DNA from: Tetramitus jugosus
Lineage: Eukaryota > Protista > Heterolobosea
DNA length: 64,000 nt
Assembly: GCA_937625935.1 (NCBI GenBank)
Contig: OW569386.1
Span: forward strand, 1 to 64,000
Reading direction: 5' to 3'
Shown here: positions 19,911 to 31,619 of the stretch, piece by piece
Layout of the letters: the number at the start of each line of letters is the position of its first letter
Numbering within the stretch: position 1 is the first letter of the stretch
Made by a program: the position numbers and the translations under genes
Notes under the pieces: generated by a model
Database searches by the model: none
What the model was told of the DNA's origin: nothing
The model's input: only the letters and a program-made list of their open reading frames with translations

Positions 19911-21983
19911 CTAGTGGCTCTTGGCTTGTTCTTCCATGTACTTGATCTGGCTCACCGCACTCATAAAGTTGGAGATTTGAGCATCTTTGGCCCATGAGCA
20001 ACAACCTTTCAAATCACTTTCAGATAATCCTGATAGATACTCAACTGATGTAATCTGTTGTTCTGTGAGGGAATCAACAAACTTCTGCTTCATGTCCGTG
20101 GAGAGACTGCACTTGCAATACTGGGTTTTTATCCAATCTTGAATCGTCATTGCTCTAATGGTATCCCATTTGCTCTCCTGTGTTAAATCAGGACGGACTA
20201 GGATATCTGTCCTGTTGAGAGCCTCTTGAGCATTCAATCGATGATCAAACAGGTAATCTTGCACCTGAAATACACTCAAGTGATGGTCACTCACCTTTTC
20301 AGAAAATTCTGTGGCCATAGATTCGATAGTACCTTGTCCATTATCATCTGCGAATGTGTCCAAGAAGAGCTTCTTTGATAGAGGAGCAGTTACATCTTCA
20401 AATCCCTCTTTGGATTCCTTGGTCCCATTCAACATGGAGACCACTCTTTCAGTTAAGGTTGTGGGTTGAATTTCCAAGGTATGTATCTCTTTACCTACTT
20501 GAGCAAGGTCAGCAATCGTAAACAATTTATGCTCGATAAATTTGTTTAGAAACTTTCCCAGACCTAGTCTAACGACCCAATTAGATAAATTATCACCAAT
20601 TCTAGATACTGTGTTTTTAAGAGTTGTTTGTTCTTCAGAGATAGACACAAGCTCATCGAGAGCATATGATTTCTGAGACTCAAAAATCTCCTTGTAATTT
20701 TCTACGCCACCAACACAGTCATCCTTGTATTTCACAAAGTGTCCTTGCAATACAGCCATAGAGCTACTGAACTCTGGAATTTTTTCCAATAACTTGGAGA
20801 GCAATTGTTTTCTTTCGACTTCGGGAACTGAGGCTTCATAAAACTTCTCAAAAAGCCCAGCAATCTGTGATTTATCAGCTCTTTCGAAATTGCATTTCAC
20901 ATCACTTCGTCCAGGTCGTAGGAGTGCACTATCAATCCTGTCGATATGGTTCGTGGTCATGAAAAGGATTCTACCATTCTCTGAAGCAACACCATCAATG
21001 ACGTTCAATAGGCCTGAAAAGGTGATGGATGACTTTTTTGAGTCAATTGTGTTTCTTAAATTGAAAACAGCATCTAGATCCTCGATTAACAATATTGTTC
21101 TCATCGGTACCTTTGAGACAAGTGAGTGTAAAGCAGCATCTCTTCCATAGAAGTTTGACAATGAAAGATAGTAGATATTGAGGTTCAACTGAGTCGCAAT
21201 TGCAGATACTGTACTACTTTTTCCACATCCCGCAGGTCCATAGAGCATGTATCCTCTGCGATATGGAACTCCCACGTCGCGATAGTATTTGCCGCTTCGA
21301 AGAAACTTTGAGACATCATCCAACAACCTTTGAGCCAAATCATTTTGTAGAAACACAGAGTCAAAGGATCTAAGATTTGCCTTTTTAGTCAAGGACCAAA
21401 ATCCCATATCACTCGGAGCATAAATCTTTAGAAAATTAGACTCACTCTTTAGACGCTTGGATCCGGACACTTCCGTAAGCAACTCCTTGAAAATATCAGC
21501 ATTGGTGCCATAGGTGGAGATGTGAATCGTTTCATGAACAAACATCTCGGATCTCCGACCAACAGCCAATGGATCAGCACTCACAACTCTTCTGCACCAC
21601 ATAAAATGACCCTTGTACCAAAAGACGACACCACCATTCGCCCCAGGAAACAGATCCAGTTTCTTGTTGTCTTCTTGAGACTCATCCCACTGGTTCTTCT
21701 TTCCATCTTCGAACGCCTTCATCTGATAATCGGATGAAGACAATGAACTGCTGTTCTTGGCAAGCCACAACAAAAATGATCTGTACAAATCTTGTTCCAC
21801 ATAATTAGAAAATGACACGCTGGATACTGAATATTGACTTAGAGTTCGATAAATCCATTTGATGAAACGGTACAGACTGGTACCCACAGATCCAATTAGA
21901 AACAAGGTAAATGAAGCGATAAACACTTCATTGTAGAAAAACGATTCAAACGCCTGATTATAGTCTATTCGTGAGAGAGGCAT
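19911..21983 (-). CDS. BCS1-like AAA ATPase with C-terminal SAM-like extension
   Basis: N-terminal TM, GVPYRRGYMLYGPAGCGKSS, LIEDLD, TFSGLLNVIDGVAS, MTTNH..DSALLRPGR. Confidence 0.9.
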   Translation of the reverse strand: MPLSRIDYNQAFESFFYNEVFIASFTLFLIGSVGTSLYRFIKWIYRTLSQYSVSSVSFSNYVEQDLYRSFLLWLAKNSSSLSSSDYQMKAFEDGKKNQWDESQEDNKKLDLFPGANGGVVFWYKGHFMWCRRVVSADPLAVGRRSEMFVHETIHISTYGTNADIFKELLTEVSGSKRLKSESNFLKIYAPSDMGFWSLTKKANLRSFDSVFLQNDLAQRLLDDVSKFLRSGKYYRDVGVPYRRGYMLYGPAGCGKSSTVSAIATQLNLNIYYLSLSNFYGRDAALHSLVSKVPMRTILLIEDLDAVFNLRNTIDSKKSSITFSGLLNVIDGVASENGRILFMTTNHIDRIDSALLRPGRSDVKCNFERADKSQIAGLFEKFYEASVPEVERKQLLSKLLEKIPEFSSSMAVLQGHFVKYKDDCVGGVENYKEIFESQKSYALDELVSISEEQTTLKNTVSRIGDNLSNWVVRLGLGKFLNKFIEHKLFTIADLAQVGKEIHTLEIQPTTLTERVVSMLNGTKESKEGFEDVTAPLSKKLFLDTFADDNGQGTIESMATEFSEKVSDHHLSVFQVQDYLFDHRLNAQEALNRTDILVRPDLTQESKWDTIRAMTIQDWIKTQYCKCSLSTDMKQKFVDSLTEQQITSVEYLSGLSESDLKGCCSWAKDAQISNFMSAVSQIKYMEEQAKSH

Positions 21984-22153
21984 GGTTATGTTTGTTTGGT
22001 TCTTTTTAGGATCGACCCAACAAGAATCTGCAGAAAAACTTTTTGAAGCGAAAGGTTCAAGTTTGAAGTTGGAGTAGCTCAGAACTTGTTTTTTGTTTTG
22101 TTTTCTGCGCAGAATTTTTCTCCGAATCGTCGCAGTTTTGCAATTTGGCGCTC

Positions 22154-24487
22154 ATGGAGTCTACGAACCTGATCAAATTTTGGAAGAGTAGAACAATGAA
22201 CTATGTCAGAAAATGGAATGATGGTCTTGAATCTCTTGAGGAGAGTTCTAATTATGATTCAACCCCACAAAGGGTTCCCTTCTCACAAAATTCCTACAAG
22301 AGTCAAGACGAGATCAGGTATGTACAGAGTAAACGACTGTTCCGGTTCTGTTAATCGCTAAGTCATGCAATATGGAATAGACTTCGTACTCCATCCGCAA
22401 TAAGTGATCGACCGAGTGAACACATAGACCTTAAGTTTCCTGTCTTATCATCGAAGCAGGGATTAAGTCTCTCTGAGAATCATTGGTTCGATACTCCATC
22501 ATCTAGCAGCAGTAGCCACCAGAGAGCACTACTATCAATCCATTCGAATCCATCTACATCGAAACACATTTTTTCAAATTCATTAAGAGACGATTCCGTG
22601 GAATTCAGTTTCTTGTCAACGGTCAGTAATGAATTGTTAAAAGAATCTGGCGTTAGTTCACTTACTATGAGACAAAATTCAAAGACAAGGAACATTCTCG
22701 ATACCTGGGAGGACTCCTTTTCTGGAGTTAAAGATAGAGACAAAAGAGATCATTCTTTGAGAGATAGGGAAGGATGGAATTCTGATTCGATCTTATCTGG
22801 GGCTCTAGTCCAAACAAAAGAAAGATCTAAACGGGAGGTTTCGGCAGACTCCATCTTAGAGCACAAGAAGAAAGAATTGGATAAATTAATGAAGAGAACT
22901 AATAATCCTGAAGAAGATAGATCATTTTTAAGGTCTAAACCTGCTCATGCACTTCTATTGGACGATCATGGCTCTGGTCATCAAGCACGCTATTATCGGA
23001 GTACTGTGTCAAATTACTCAAAAGGAGTGAAGAATAGAACGGGGGCAGCTGAAAAGTATCGGCAGAAAAAGGGTATCAATCAAGAAATAGAGAGAAAATT
23101 AAACGAATATCGAACAAATGTGCACAAGATGGCCGAGTTGGAGAAAAGGGTGGAGAGTTATAAACGTGAGAGGAAACCTGATACTCCCAAAGATTCTGTG
23201 AATCGGATAGTAAAGAATGTCAAGGAGCTATCATCATATCATCCTCAAAACCAACTTAAAACCATTGAGAAAAGAGGAGAACTTCTAAACCAACGATTGA
23301 ACGAAGTTAAACAAAAGAGAATGATTTTAGAACACACCGCGAAAGAAGAAACCGAAATCAAAATCGAACTACGTTTAGAAAAAAGAACTATCAGAGATCT
23401 TCAACAAATAGTTAGTGCTTTCAACGATGCATGGACTACTATCATCACTAGTGTAAAAATGTTCAATTTGTTTTCAGACCTTTTCCGGGAGCTTCAAATC
23501 AAGAAAGAGGAAGAAGCCAAAAGAAGAAAACAAGAAGAAGCTGAGAGAGAAGAGAAATTGAGAATCGAAGAGGAGGAAAGGAAACGAATGGAATTGATCA
23601 ATAGTCAATTCAAAACTAGATTCCGAAAGCAACTCCGAATTATCAGTCATGTATTAGTACCAGCTGTTATGCGATGGAGAACAAAGAGGCAGAAAGAGAA
23701 GATTCACATCATTCGAGCTTTTCTAGTTGACCTGAACGAAACCTTCAAAATTCCGTTGGCAATGACGAGATACAAAAACGCTGTTACCAGAATACAAACT
23801 TTTTACAGACAGTACCGCGCGATGAACAATGCTCGGATATTGTTAATCAAACTTCAAATTGATGAAGTGATAAATCGAAAAATGGGTCAAATAGAGAAAC
23901 TAATAGAAGTTGAGAAAAAGAAATCAGGGAATTCACAGGGTGGCTTTTCTAGTTCAAAAATCTCTTTAAAATCCCCAGGAAAATCCTTGACTCCCAAGTT
24001 GAGTCTTCGGTACTTGATGAATCAGAGGGGAACTTCAGAAAAATTGTATGAATTAATGGCAAAGAAAGAAGAACTTAAGAAAATTGATATTCAAGTTCGA
24101 GTCAAGTTTATTAAACAAAATATGGTAGAGAGGAGGAGAAGATATATGGAAGATATGGACAGATATGAAAGATATGTTTCCTTTGCCAAAAACAAGTCCA
24201 GTTTAGGAGCCAAGGATGTGAACGTTCTACCAAAACCACATTTCAAACTTTTGTTAGAGAATGAATCTATCACGAAGCTCGTCGAACAGATGCGATCTCA
24301 TACCAGGGAGCTGATCATCCAACAACGAAATGAAAACAAAACTCTTACCGCAAAGAGAGGACACCTAAAACAGGACTTCACTGACTTCTTCCAAGCGAAC
24401 AATGATGAATTCAGAAAAACGACCTACATTAAGAGGAAAAACTTTGACTTCACCAACGAAAGTGAGGTGATTAATAGTGCAGTCTAA
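22154..24487 (+). CDS. Coiled-coil protein with IQ-like motif, 2 exons
   Basis: Intron 22318-22380 joins ORFs in frame; AVTRIQTFYRQYR. Confidence 0.7.
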
Positions 24488-24516
24488 AGTGTAATTGTTT
24501 ATTCTTTGGATTGATT

Positions 24517-26100
24517 CTATCTCGGGTGATTCCTCCTCATGGAAAATAATTTATGACCTATCACCAGAAACGTGAACAACATGGCAGATAGAAACATACA
24601 AGCACCAAATGCTTGAAATTGTTTCAATGCATTGAGATTCATAACATTTTTTCCAATAATTAATTGAATGACAACTTGAACTACGTTTTGAAGTGTTGAG
24701 TTGATTGAGAAGACAGCAGCAAACTTTGTCTCCTTCATGCTCTTTGCTATTTGAGCCATAGAAATGACTAACAGAAACTCAAACATACAATGGTACAAAA
24801 TGAATAGGACATATGCTACAACGAGAGGAATGGATTTGTACCCTAGGAAAAACAAGCAAACTCCACATAATGAACTGAGTATGATGCATATATACTCCCC
24901 GAATCTGTCTACTATCGATTCTATCCTAGCTGGTACTAGAGACAGAAACCCTGCGAACAAATAGGCAACTTTGTGATGTCAGTTATCAAGTCAGACACTA
25001 AAAACTTATTATTATTAAGATCGGACAGACTTACCAGCCATTAAGAATCCATTGAATGAATGACCATAATCTAAAGCTTTGAATAATGTTTGATAATATG
25101 TCAGAGACAAGGAATGAACTGAAACAGCCACAAGTCCAAATACACTCCAAAAACTGACTTGGAAACTTGACAGGTAGCAGCTCAGCGTCTGATAGGGTAA
25201 TTGTTTTAAACGTTGCCATACAGAAATTTTCTCTTCTGCTGCCACGGCAATAGCACCTCGTATCAACGTTGGTTTCTGATCAATCGAAACAACATATTTG
25301 CTCGGACTAGGGAACGCAACAACTGAAATGATGAGGCACGGCAAAGTGCACAAAATGGATGCATAATACAACGTATACATCTCAAAATGCATCATATACA
25401 TAAACTGCCCAATCAATGCACCTGCCACATTACCCAATAACATCAATGCCCTCGTCAACCCCGTAATAAAATGATAATCTGACTTCTGAGTCATGTGATA
25501 CCTTAAAGCGAAAAAACTCTGATAACATGAGAAACTCCAAGCAACAGCAACTTCTGTCCCCTGTAGCAACCACACTTGATCTCTCCGAGCAAACAATGTC
25601 ACATACAACTCGATTACATGAAGAATGATGCCACTCGCAATGATCCACTTGTGTCCAAATAGGCGCAACTCACTCATTACACCCACAAACAACTGCACAA
25701 GGAGCATTGAATAGGTCCATACGGGGAAAATGGTTCGCAAAATCGTTTCAAGAGACAAACCTTTCTGCTTCATGAGAAATTCAACCAGAAATGGCTGTGC
25801 AGGATTCGAGATGTAAAAGAAGGCAAATAAGCTGAGCCACAGCACATAACTCCTCCGAGAGAGAAACTGTGAGAAGCGACCAGTAAATCTTCCCACTGCC
25901 CTGTGATCTCCATCATCAGTCATCATCATGGGAGTGCTGTGATCATTACGACCAGCACCAACACCACCATTATCCTCATTGTCGTCGTTCAAGCTCTTGT
26001 TGACAGTCTTACTGCCATAATGATTCATCCGCACAGGAGAGTCAGCATCAGTCAGATCACTTGTTTCCTCATCATGACGGTTATCCGTGTTCTGTTTCAT
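24517..26100 (-). CDS. SLC19 (reduced folate/thiamine carrier) family transporter, 2 exons
   Basis: PFLVEFL..IFPVWTYS motif; multiple TMs; intron 24969-25034. Confidence 0.85.
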
Positions 26101-26200
26101 TGTGCTGTTCTTGATTTGTGAAAATACCAAAATTAATTCTCCGAGCTCGTAAGTAACTGGTTGTATATGGTTGTATCGAAAGGATTGATCATGTGCAAGT

Positions 26201-27382
26201 TTATTGGAGTTCTGTATAGAAGTAATAGTTTTGAATCGATACTGTGTACTCCAAAATATTGGCAATCAATGTTCCAATCAGCGGTATCTTATTCAGCACA
26301 CGACACACCCATTCAATCAACGGTTTCATGAGCAAGTCAAACATTGGACTCTTGAATAAGTAGTTTTGATAGGAGAACCGACGTTGAGTCTCTGCTTCCA
26401 CGCACTTTGACCTATCTCTGTCATCCATTGTGCGCAACAAGTATTGACCACACAAGTCAATCAACAGAGAAACGGCCCATGGTTGCCAAGACTTTGAACC
26501 AAACTTGATGAGTGCCAACACGTAGAGAACAGGTCTCACAGCATTCAACAACTCTCCCATGATGACTCTCCATTGAGAAGAATGACCATCATAAGGCTTT
26601 AACATGGTAGATTGTGCCATCTTCTTTGCTAGCATGGTCTGAGAGAGATTTGGTACTCTTCGTTTCGTCCTTGATCCCACCACACCTCCTCTGGTGCCAT
26701 GTTGTTCCTTGTTGATTGCATCAGCTTCTTCATTTCTATCATCATCCTTATTGTAAAGTGGCATGGCGGGAGCCGTGTCGGTCAATTCCATTCTTAATAA
26801 CTCCGCTCTTTCCATATGAAGATCACCGTCTGTAGGCATCAATGTATGGTGGACATGGATGGGTGTTTGAGTGTGTCTTCTGATCCGGAACACTGCAAAC
26901 ATCTTCAAAATGGCCTTGGTCACTTCAATGATCAGAATAATGGGCCATTTGAGATGAGAGTGAGCAGAGCTTCTCGTCACATACATCTCAATGATCATAC
27001 TCAGGTGTTGAATGAGTTTTAAGAGCTGATTGATGCGATAGAGTGGTCCAAATCGATTGTCTCTCTGAATTTCAATGTTCATTTGTTGATGTTTTGTAAG
27101 CAAATGTTCATTGTAAAGGTCAAAAACATTGACAATCGTGTTGCATAGCTCAATAAAGAATTCACTGTCTTCTCTCATGCTAAATGTGATTCCGACATTG
27201 GCAACGCCCTTCACTCCTTGAATCAACGTTTGATTATTCACAAAAAACAATTCATATTGATGAATGAGGTTACTAATGGCATCCTTTGTTGATCGATTGT
27301 TGTTTTTGTTGTTGTGAGGACGAGCGATTGTGTTGGGATCGGACGCTTGATTAATATTGTTGTTCTTGCTGTTGTTGTACAT
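26201..27382 (-). CDS. PEX16: Peroxisomal membrane protein PEX16
   Basis: GELLNAVRPVLY..SWQPW..SLLID, E..RR...YLFKSPMFD, IPLIG..Q.YYFYT. Confidence 0.88.
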   Translation of the reverse strand: MYNNSKNNNINQASDPNTIARPHNNKNNNRSTKDAISNLIHQYELFFVNNQTLIQGVKGVANVGITFSMREDSEFFIELCNTIVNVFDLYNEHLLTKHQQMNIEIQRDNRFGPLYRINQLLKLIQHLSMIIEMYVTRSSAHSHLKWPIILIIEVTKAILKMFAVFRIRRHTQTPIHVHHTLMPTDGDLHMERAELLRMELTDTAPAMPLYNKDDDRNEEADAINKEQHGTRGGVVGSRTKRRVPNLSQTMLAKKMAQSTMLKPYDGHSSQWRVIMGELLNAVRPVLYVLALIKFGSKSWQPWAVSLLIDLCGQYLLRTMDDRDRSKCVEAETQRRFSYQNYLFKSPMFDLLMKPLIEWVCRVLNKIPLIGTLIANILEYTVSIQNYYFYTELQ

Positions 27383-27752
27383 GATTTTGTGACGTTTTTT
27401 GTTCAAGTCTGGAGAACGGAAAATTGATCATACGGGAAAAAGGATTTCGGAGTTTTACAAGCGTTTGTAAATGGATTATGGAAAGAGTTTTTCTCAAACT
27501 CTGTTGGATGTGCGTGTGAGAAGCAATTCTTCAATTGTTCATCATCACTCTTTGATTGTTGTTGTTCTTGCCATGAAATAGTTAATGGTCCCGCGCGGAT
27601 ACTTCTCACAGTCTGTGCTTTCTCTCTTTGCTCTTCAGTGTCGCAAATTTGCGAAGAAACAAGAAGAACAAAGCAAGAGTCAGAGAGACTGAGCTTTGTT
27701 ACATTCGTCGTGTGAACGTAACGCATGGTATCTCCCAAAGCATCTTCCCTTC

Positions 27753-28844
27753 TTACAAGTTCAAAGGCCTCAATGCCCTACCACTTGGATTTGGAGAAGA
27801 AACATTACTCTTTTGACGTGGTCTTCCAATGGACTTGTTCTCCTTGTCCAACCCTGGTGAATTAAAGTCGTCGTCAGACTCCGAATCGCTATCATTTAGA
27901 TTCTTAAACTTCTTTTGAATGGCAGCAAATAATTCATTTTGAAGATTTCCACTGGCACCCATTGATTTCGTCCTTGGGTCTCTGCACGGTGTTCCACCTG
28001 GACTTCTCTTTTGTGCAGTACTCTTCAGTAGATTATCCTTCTTTACATTCTTGATCATATCAACCAAACTCATGGATCTCTCCATCTTTGGTCTATTGTT
28101 ATTGTTCGAAGGTGGATTTCTTGGTGTGGAAGTAGGTGTAGGAGTTGTCATTGACGAAAATGAATCTGCATTGTTATTCGTATTACTATTGTTGTTGTTG
28201 TTGTTATTATTCGTATTGTTGTTGAGGCTGAGGAGTAGAGGTGGTGCATTGGATTGAGGAATTCGTGTGCCTCCAGTGGTCATCATACCACCATTCATTG
28301 GAGGTGGAGGTGGTGGAGGAGCAAAGAATTGTGGTGGTGGTGGAGGTGGAGGTGGTGCAACTGAACTCTGATTCGTTCGTTGTTGTTGTGAAACAGAAGT
28401 AGTAGCTCCACTGTTCGTCATCATTGCCATTTCCTTTTTCAACATGAGCAATTGAGTCTCAAGGTCCTCTAGTTTGCCACTACCACCCATGTCATCATCC
28501 AACAAGAGTAAATTGTCGACTGCTGCTTCCAAATTCAATCGATCATCTTCATCACTCAAAATTCTACTGCTGTTGAGTGAAGAGAGTGTAGATGATGATT
28601 TACCCTTTTTTGGTGGGGTGTAAAGACCCATTTGACGTCTCACTCTTCTAAAGTAAGCCTTTGTCTGTTTACTCTTTTTTGATGACCGTGATTTTGATGC
28701 ACCAAATAATCCACTCTTCACAAGTGCTCTGTGTGTGTTTGGTGCAACAATCAACAGAACATCTGATGAGTATTCTACCATAAAGTCTCTCGTGTTGGAC
28801 AAGACTGCCCACACGAGAAGAAATAATCGTTCGCCTATCGCCAT
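27753..28844 (-). CDS. Proline-rich MTFR1/PRR11-like protein with WH2-like motif
   Basis: Short coiled coil, poly-Pro, SLVDMIKNV..LKST, RSPGGTP, AIQKKF. Confidence 0.6.
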   Translation of the reverse strand: MAIGERLFLLVWAVLSNTRDFMVEYSSDVLLIVAPNTHRALVKSGLFGASKSRSSKKSKQTKAYFRRVRRQMGLYTPPKKGKSSSTLSSLNSSRILSDEDDRLNLEAAVDNLLLLDDDMGGSGKLEDLETQLLMLKKEMAMMTNSGATTSVSQQQRTNQSSVAPPPPPPPPQFFAPPPPPPPMNGGMMTTGGTRIPQSNAPPLLLSLNNNTNNNNNNNNSNTNNNADSFSSMTTPTPTSTPRNPPSNNNNRPKMERSMSLVDMIKNVKKDNLLKSTAQKRSPGGTPCRDPRTKSMGASGNLQNELFAAIQKKFKNLNDSDSESDDDFNSPGLDKENKSIGRPRQKSNVSSPNPSGRALRPLNL

Positions 28845-29738
28845 AATGATTTGTTGTTTTTTTTATCGCTTTTTGTTGTTGTTGTTCTTGTTGAAAAATA
28901 AAAGATAATTGTTGTTGTATGCTTCACGATGTGAAAATGCGCTCTTTGATTTTTTTTTTCAGGAGGATGTTTGTTGTTGCGAATCGAATGGAACAAGAGC
29001 AGAATCAATTTTTGGTGTGATTTTGAGTTGACAAAAAATAGGTATTTTTTTTCTGCTTTTGGGAGATTGAAGTGTTGTTTGTTGTTGTTGTGTGACGAGT
29101 ACTCGAATGATTCTCCAAGCGTGTTCACAACTCTGACAATAATGTTGTTCTTCTTCAAGTCAAGTGGTGTTGTGTTTTGAGGAAATTGCAATTCTGTTGC
29201 TAGGTGTAACAGTGTGTAAATTTTTGCCGACTAACGGGAAGATTTTGTAATGTCGGAATTGCGTCACTTGGCGCCAAACAAGGTTTTGGGTGTTCCAAAT
29301 GAGTATGGACCATAACAACAGTTCGAACAATATGAATAACACCAATATCAGTGGCAGTGAAAAGGATCCATGTCGCAGGATGATCCTGCTGAATAAAACA
29401 TTGAGTTTTTTGAAGGGATTTATGTCATTGTTCATGAACAACTAAGCCAGGATCACTATGGCAAACTGAACAACAAAGACAGCAGCCAGTTTGATCCGCT
29501 CGATATCCGTAGTGCTGATTTTTGTTGGCGCACGTGAGTAAAACCTGCTAATTCTGGAGTTCGAGCCGATTCCCTCGTCATGCCATTGACATCACGGATT
29601 GTAAAGTTGACATTCGGATGGGGACTAGGGGGATATTTCGTCACAGCTCGGTTTCCAAACCTTTAAAAGCCGCCAGTATACAGGCCAACAACTTCTATTT
29701 CAACATCCACAAACCAAATAACTACACATACTTTAACC

Positions 29739-30089
29739 ATGAGAATTATTTCCGTTCTTTTGCTCATTGCTCTTTTGGCTACCGTTGTTCTGTGCGCAAG
29801 ACCAACCGACTTGAAGTTGACTAGACCAGTCATCAAGAAGTGGGTTCAACGTCCATTGACCAGACCAGCTCACCCAAGACTCCCAATCTCTGACAGAAAG
29901 ATCAGAAATCTCAAGAAGGCTGTTGCTGCTCAAGAAGAAGCTTTGGCTGACTTGAAGTTCGACCTCTCCTGCACCTACCTCTGCAACACCTGGTACTTGT
30001 GCCATGCTAAGGGAAGCTGGGGCGGTAACACCGCTGGATGTGCCAAGCCATCCGGATGTGTCTGCGACAAATTCTTCTGGGAAAAGTAA
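29739..30089 (+). CDS. Small secreted protein with a 6-Cys C-terminal domain
   Basis: Signal peptide MRIISVLLLIALLATVVLCA, basic pro-region, C-terminal 6 Cys; codon bias like RPL30. Confidence 0.8.
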   Translation: MRIISVLLLIALLATVVLCARPTDLKLTRPVIKKWVQRPLTRPAHPRLPISDRKIRNLKKAVAAQEEALADLKFDLSCTYLCNTWYLCHAKGSWGGNTAGCAKPSGCVCDKFFWEK

Positions 30090-30322
30090 ATTTGGGCGTC
30101 ATTAAAAACACCAAATTAACCAACCAACTCATTCATTATTCTTCTTATTATCATTTGTCGTTGTTGTTTCTCCCTGTTTGTTTTCACACACTGTTGCATT
30201 TCAATTTGAGGATAATTAATTGGGGAGTTGAGCGGCCAACTACGGTTTAGAACATGATCTTCGTACATTTCATGATAAGTGGGAGCTATGTTTATTAGTT
30301 TCTCTCTATGTGAACCACACCA

Positions 30323-31573
30323 TCAATCAGAATATTGAGTTGTAATAATGTCAACGTCGGTCAATACTCTTTTGGTGGTGTAATCGAACAGTCGAGGAAA
30401 TGCCCTGGGCATGGTGGCAACACTACTAACGCCACTGGCCGTATAAAAGGCTACGCGATAGCTGGCGCACGAGCTTCTCGTTGATTGCATCATATCTCTT
30501 CCAAAATGCGTAAATCCCTTCTCAAACAATGTGTTTGATATCCTACTGAGCTCAGATGTCATAAAACCAATTTCATAGTGATCGGGATGATAAAAAATGG
30601 ATTCATTGCTGAATACACCATTGTTTGTGTGCACGATCGCTCTTGACTCTGATGATGAAACGTGAGTCACAAAAGTCATGGGTAATCGAGCAATCATATC
30701 AAGTTCAATGAGGAACGGAACATTGTTGTACAGATTACCGGGAATATCACGTCCACATAACAATACTTTTTGACTCTGAGTGACAAAGATGGAGTGATTG
30801 ACAGCGCAGTGTGCAATCACAACTTTTTCCTGGATAGTGCTCAATGGAACCAGATCTCTCACTTTTTCATCAATACCGAGCTTGTTATAATCGGATTGTT
30901 CACCACAGACGTACACTTGTCCATCCTCATCCAGCATATTGGCATGAAAGTGAGCTCCACTCATACTAACAATCCTCTTGTTCGAATTATAGCTCAGTAG
31001 TGCATAATAATCTGACACACCATCGATGAACCAACTTGTTTGACCCATGACGAACACTCGATTCTTGCTGGTGTAAATCAGAGAGCTGCTGAAGCAAATG
31101 GTCGCCAACACTGGATACTCATCTTCATCCAGAAACGTAGCAATACGTGTCAGCGAAGTCATTAATCCCGGTGAGGTCTGACCTGTCAGTGCATAATTGT
31201 TCGCTCCAATGGCAAACAGTTCATTATTTGTGGAGAACAAGTATAGAATATCACTTCCAGACACAATATCCGTGAAGAACTTGTCTTCGAACTCACCAGA
31301 GTCAAACGGGAGGAAGGTTGATTCTGTCTGGGAGAATGTTGAAAAGTGAGTCAGCTCCACTGCTCCGAGGAAGCCTGAGCCATACACTCGACCACTCCAG
31401 CTCAGAATAAAAATGCCTCCATCTGTCGTACAGACTTTTTTGATTCCACCGAGAATGGTGTGACGAGTACAGGTTGGTTTTTCTTCAAAAGTGAAAACTT
31501 GGTCAGATTGATTCGCAAATGGATTCCTTGTTGGATGATAGGGAGAAAGTTGTGACATTTGTGACAAAGTCAT
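30323..31573 (-). CDS. RCC1-like beta-propeller protein
   Basis: Repeats GRVYGSG, ELFAIGAN, RVFVMG, GQVYVCG..LG, KVLLCG. Confidence 0.7.
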   Translation of the reverse strand: MTLSQMSQLSPYHPTRNPFANQSDQVFTFEEKPTCTRHTILGGIKKVCTTDGGIFILSWSGRVYGSGFLGAVELTHFSTFSQTESTFLPFDSGEFEDKFFTDIVSGSDILYLFSTNNELFAIGANNYALTGQTSPGLMTSLTRIATFLDEDEYPVLATICFSSSLIYTSKNRVFVMGQTSWFIDGVSDYYALLSYNSNKRIVSMSGAHFHANMLDEDGQVYVCGEQSDYNKLGIDEKVRDLVPLSTIQEKVVIAHCAVNHSIFVTQSQKVLLCGRDIPGNLYNNVPFLIELDMIARLPMTFVTHVSSSESRAIVHTNNGVFSNESIFYHPDHYEIGFMTSELSRISNTLFEKGFTHFGRDMMQSTRSSCASYRVAFYTASGVSSVATMPRAFPRLFDYTTKRVLTDVDIITTQYSD

Positions 31574-31619
31574 TGATAGGTGTTTGTTTTTTGTTCAAAT
31601 TCAGAAGAACACAAAAAAC

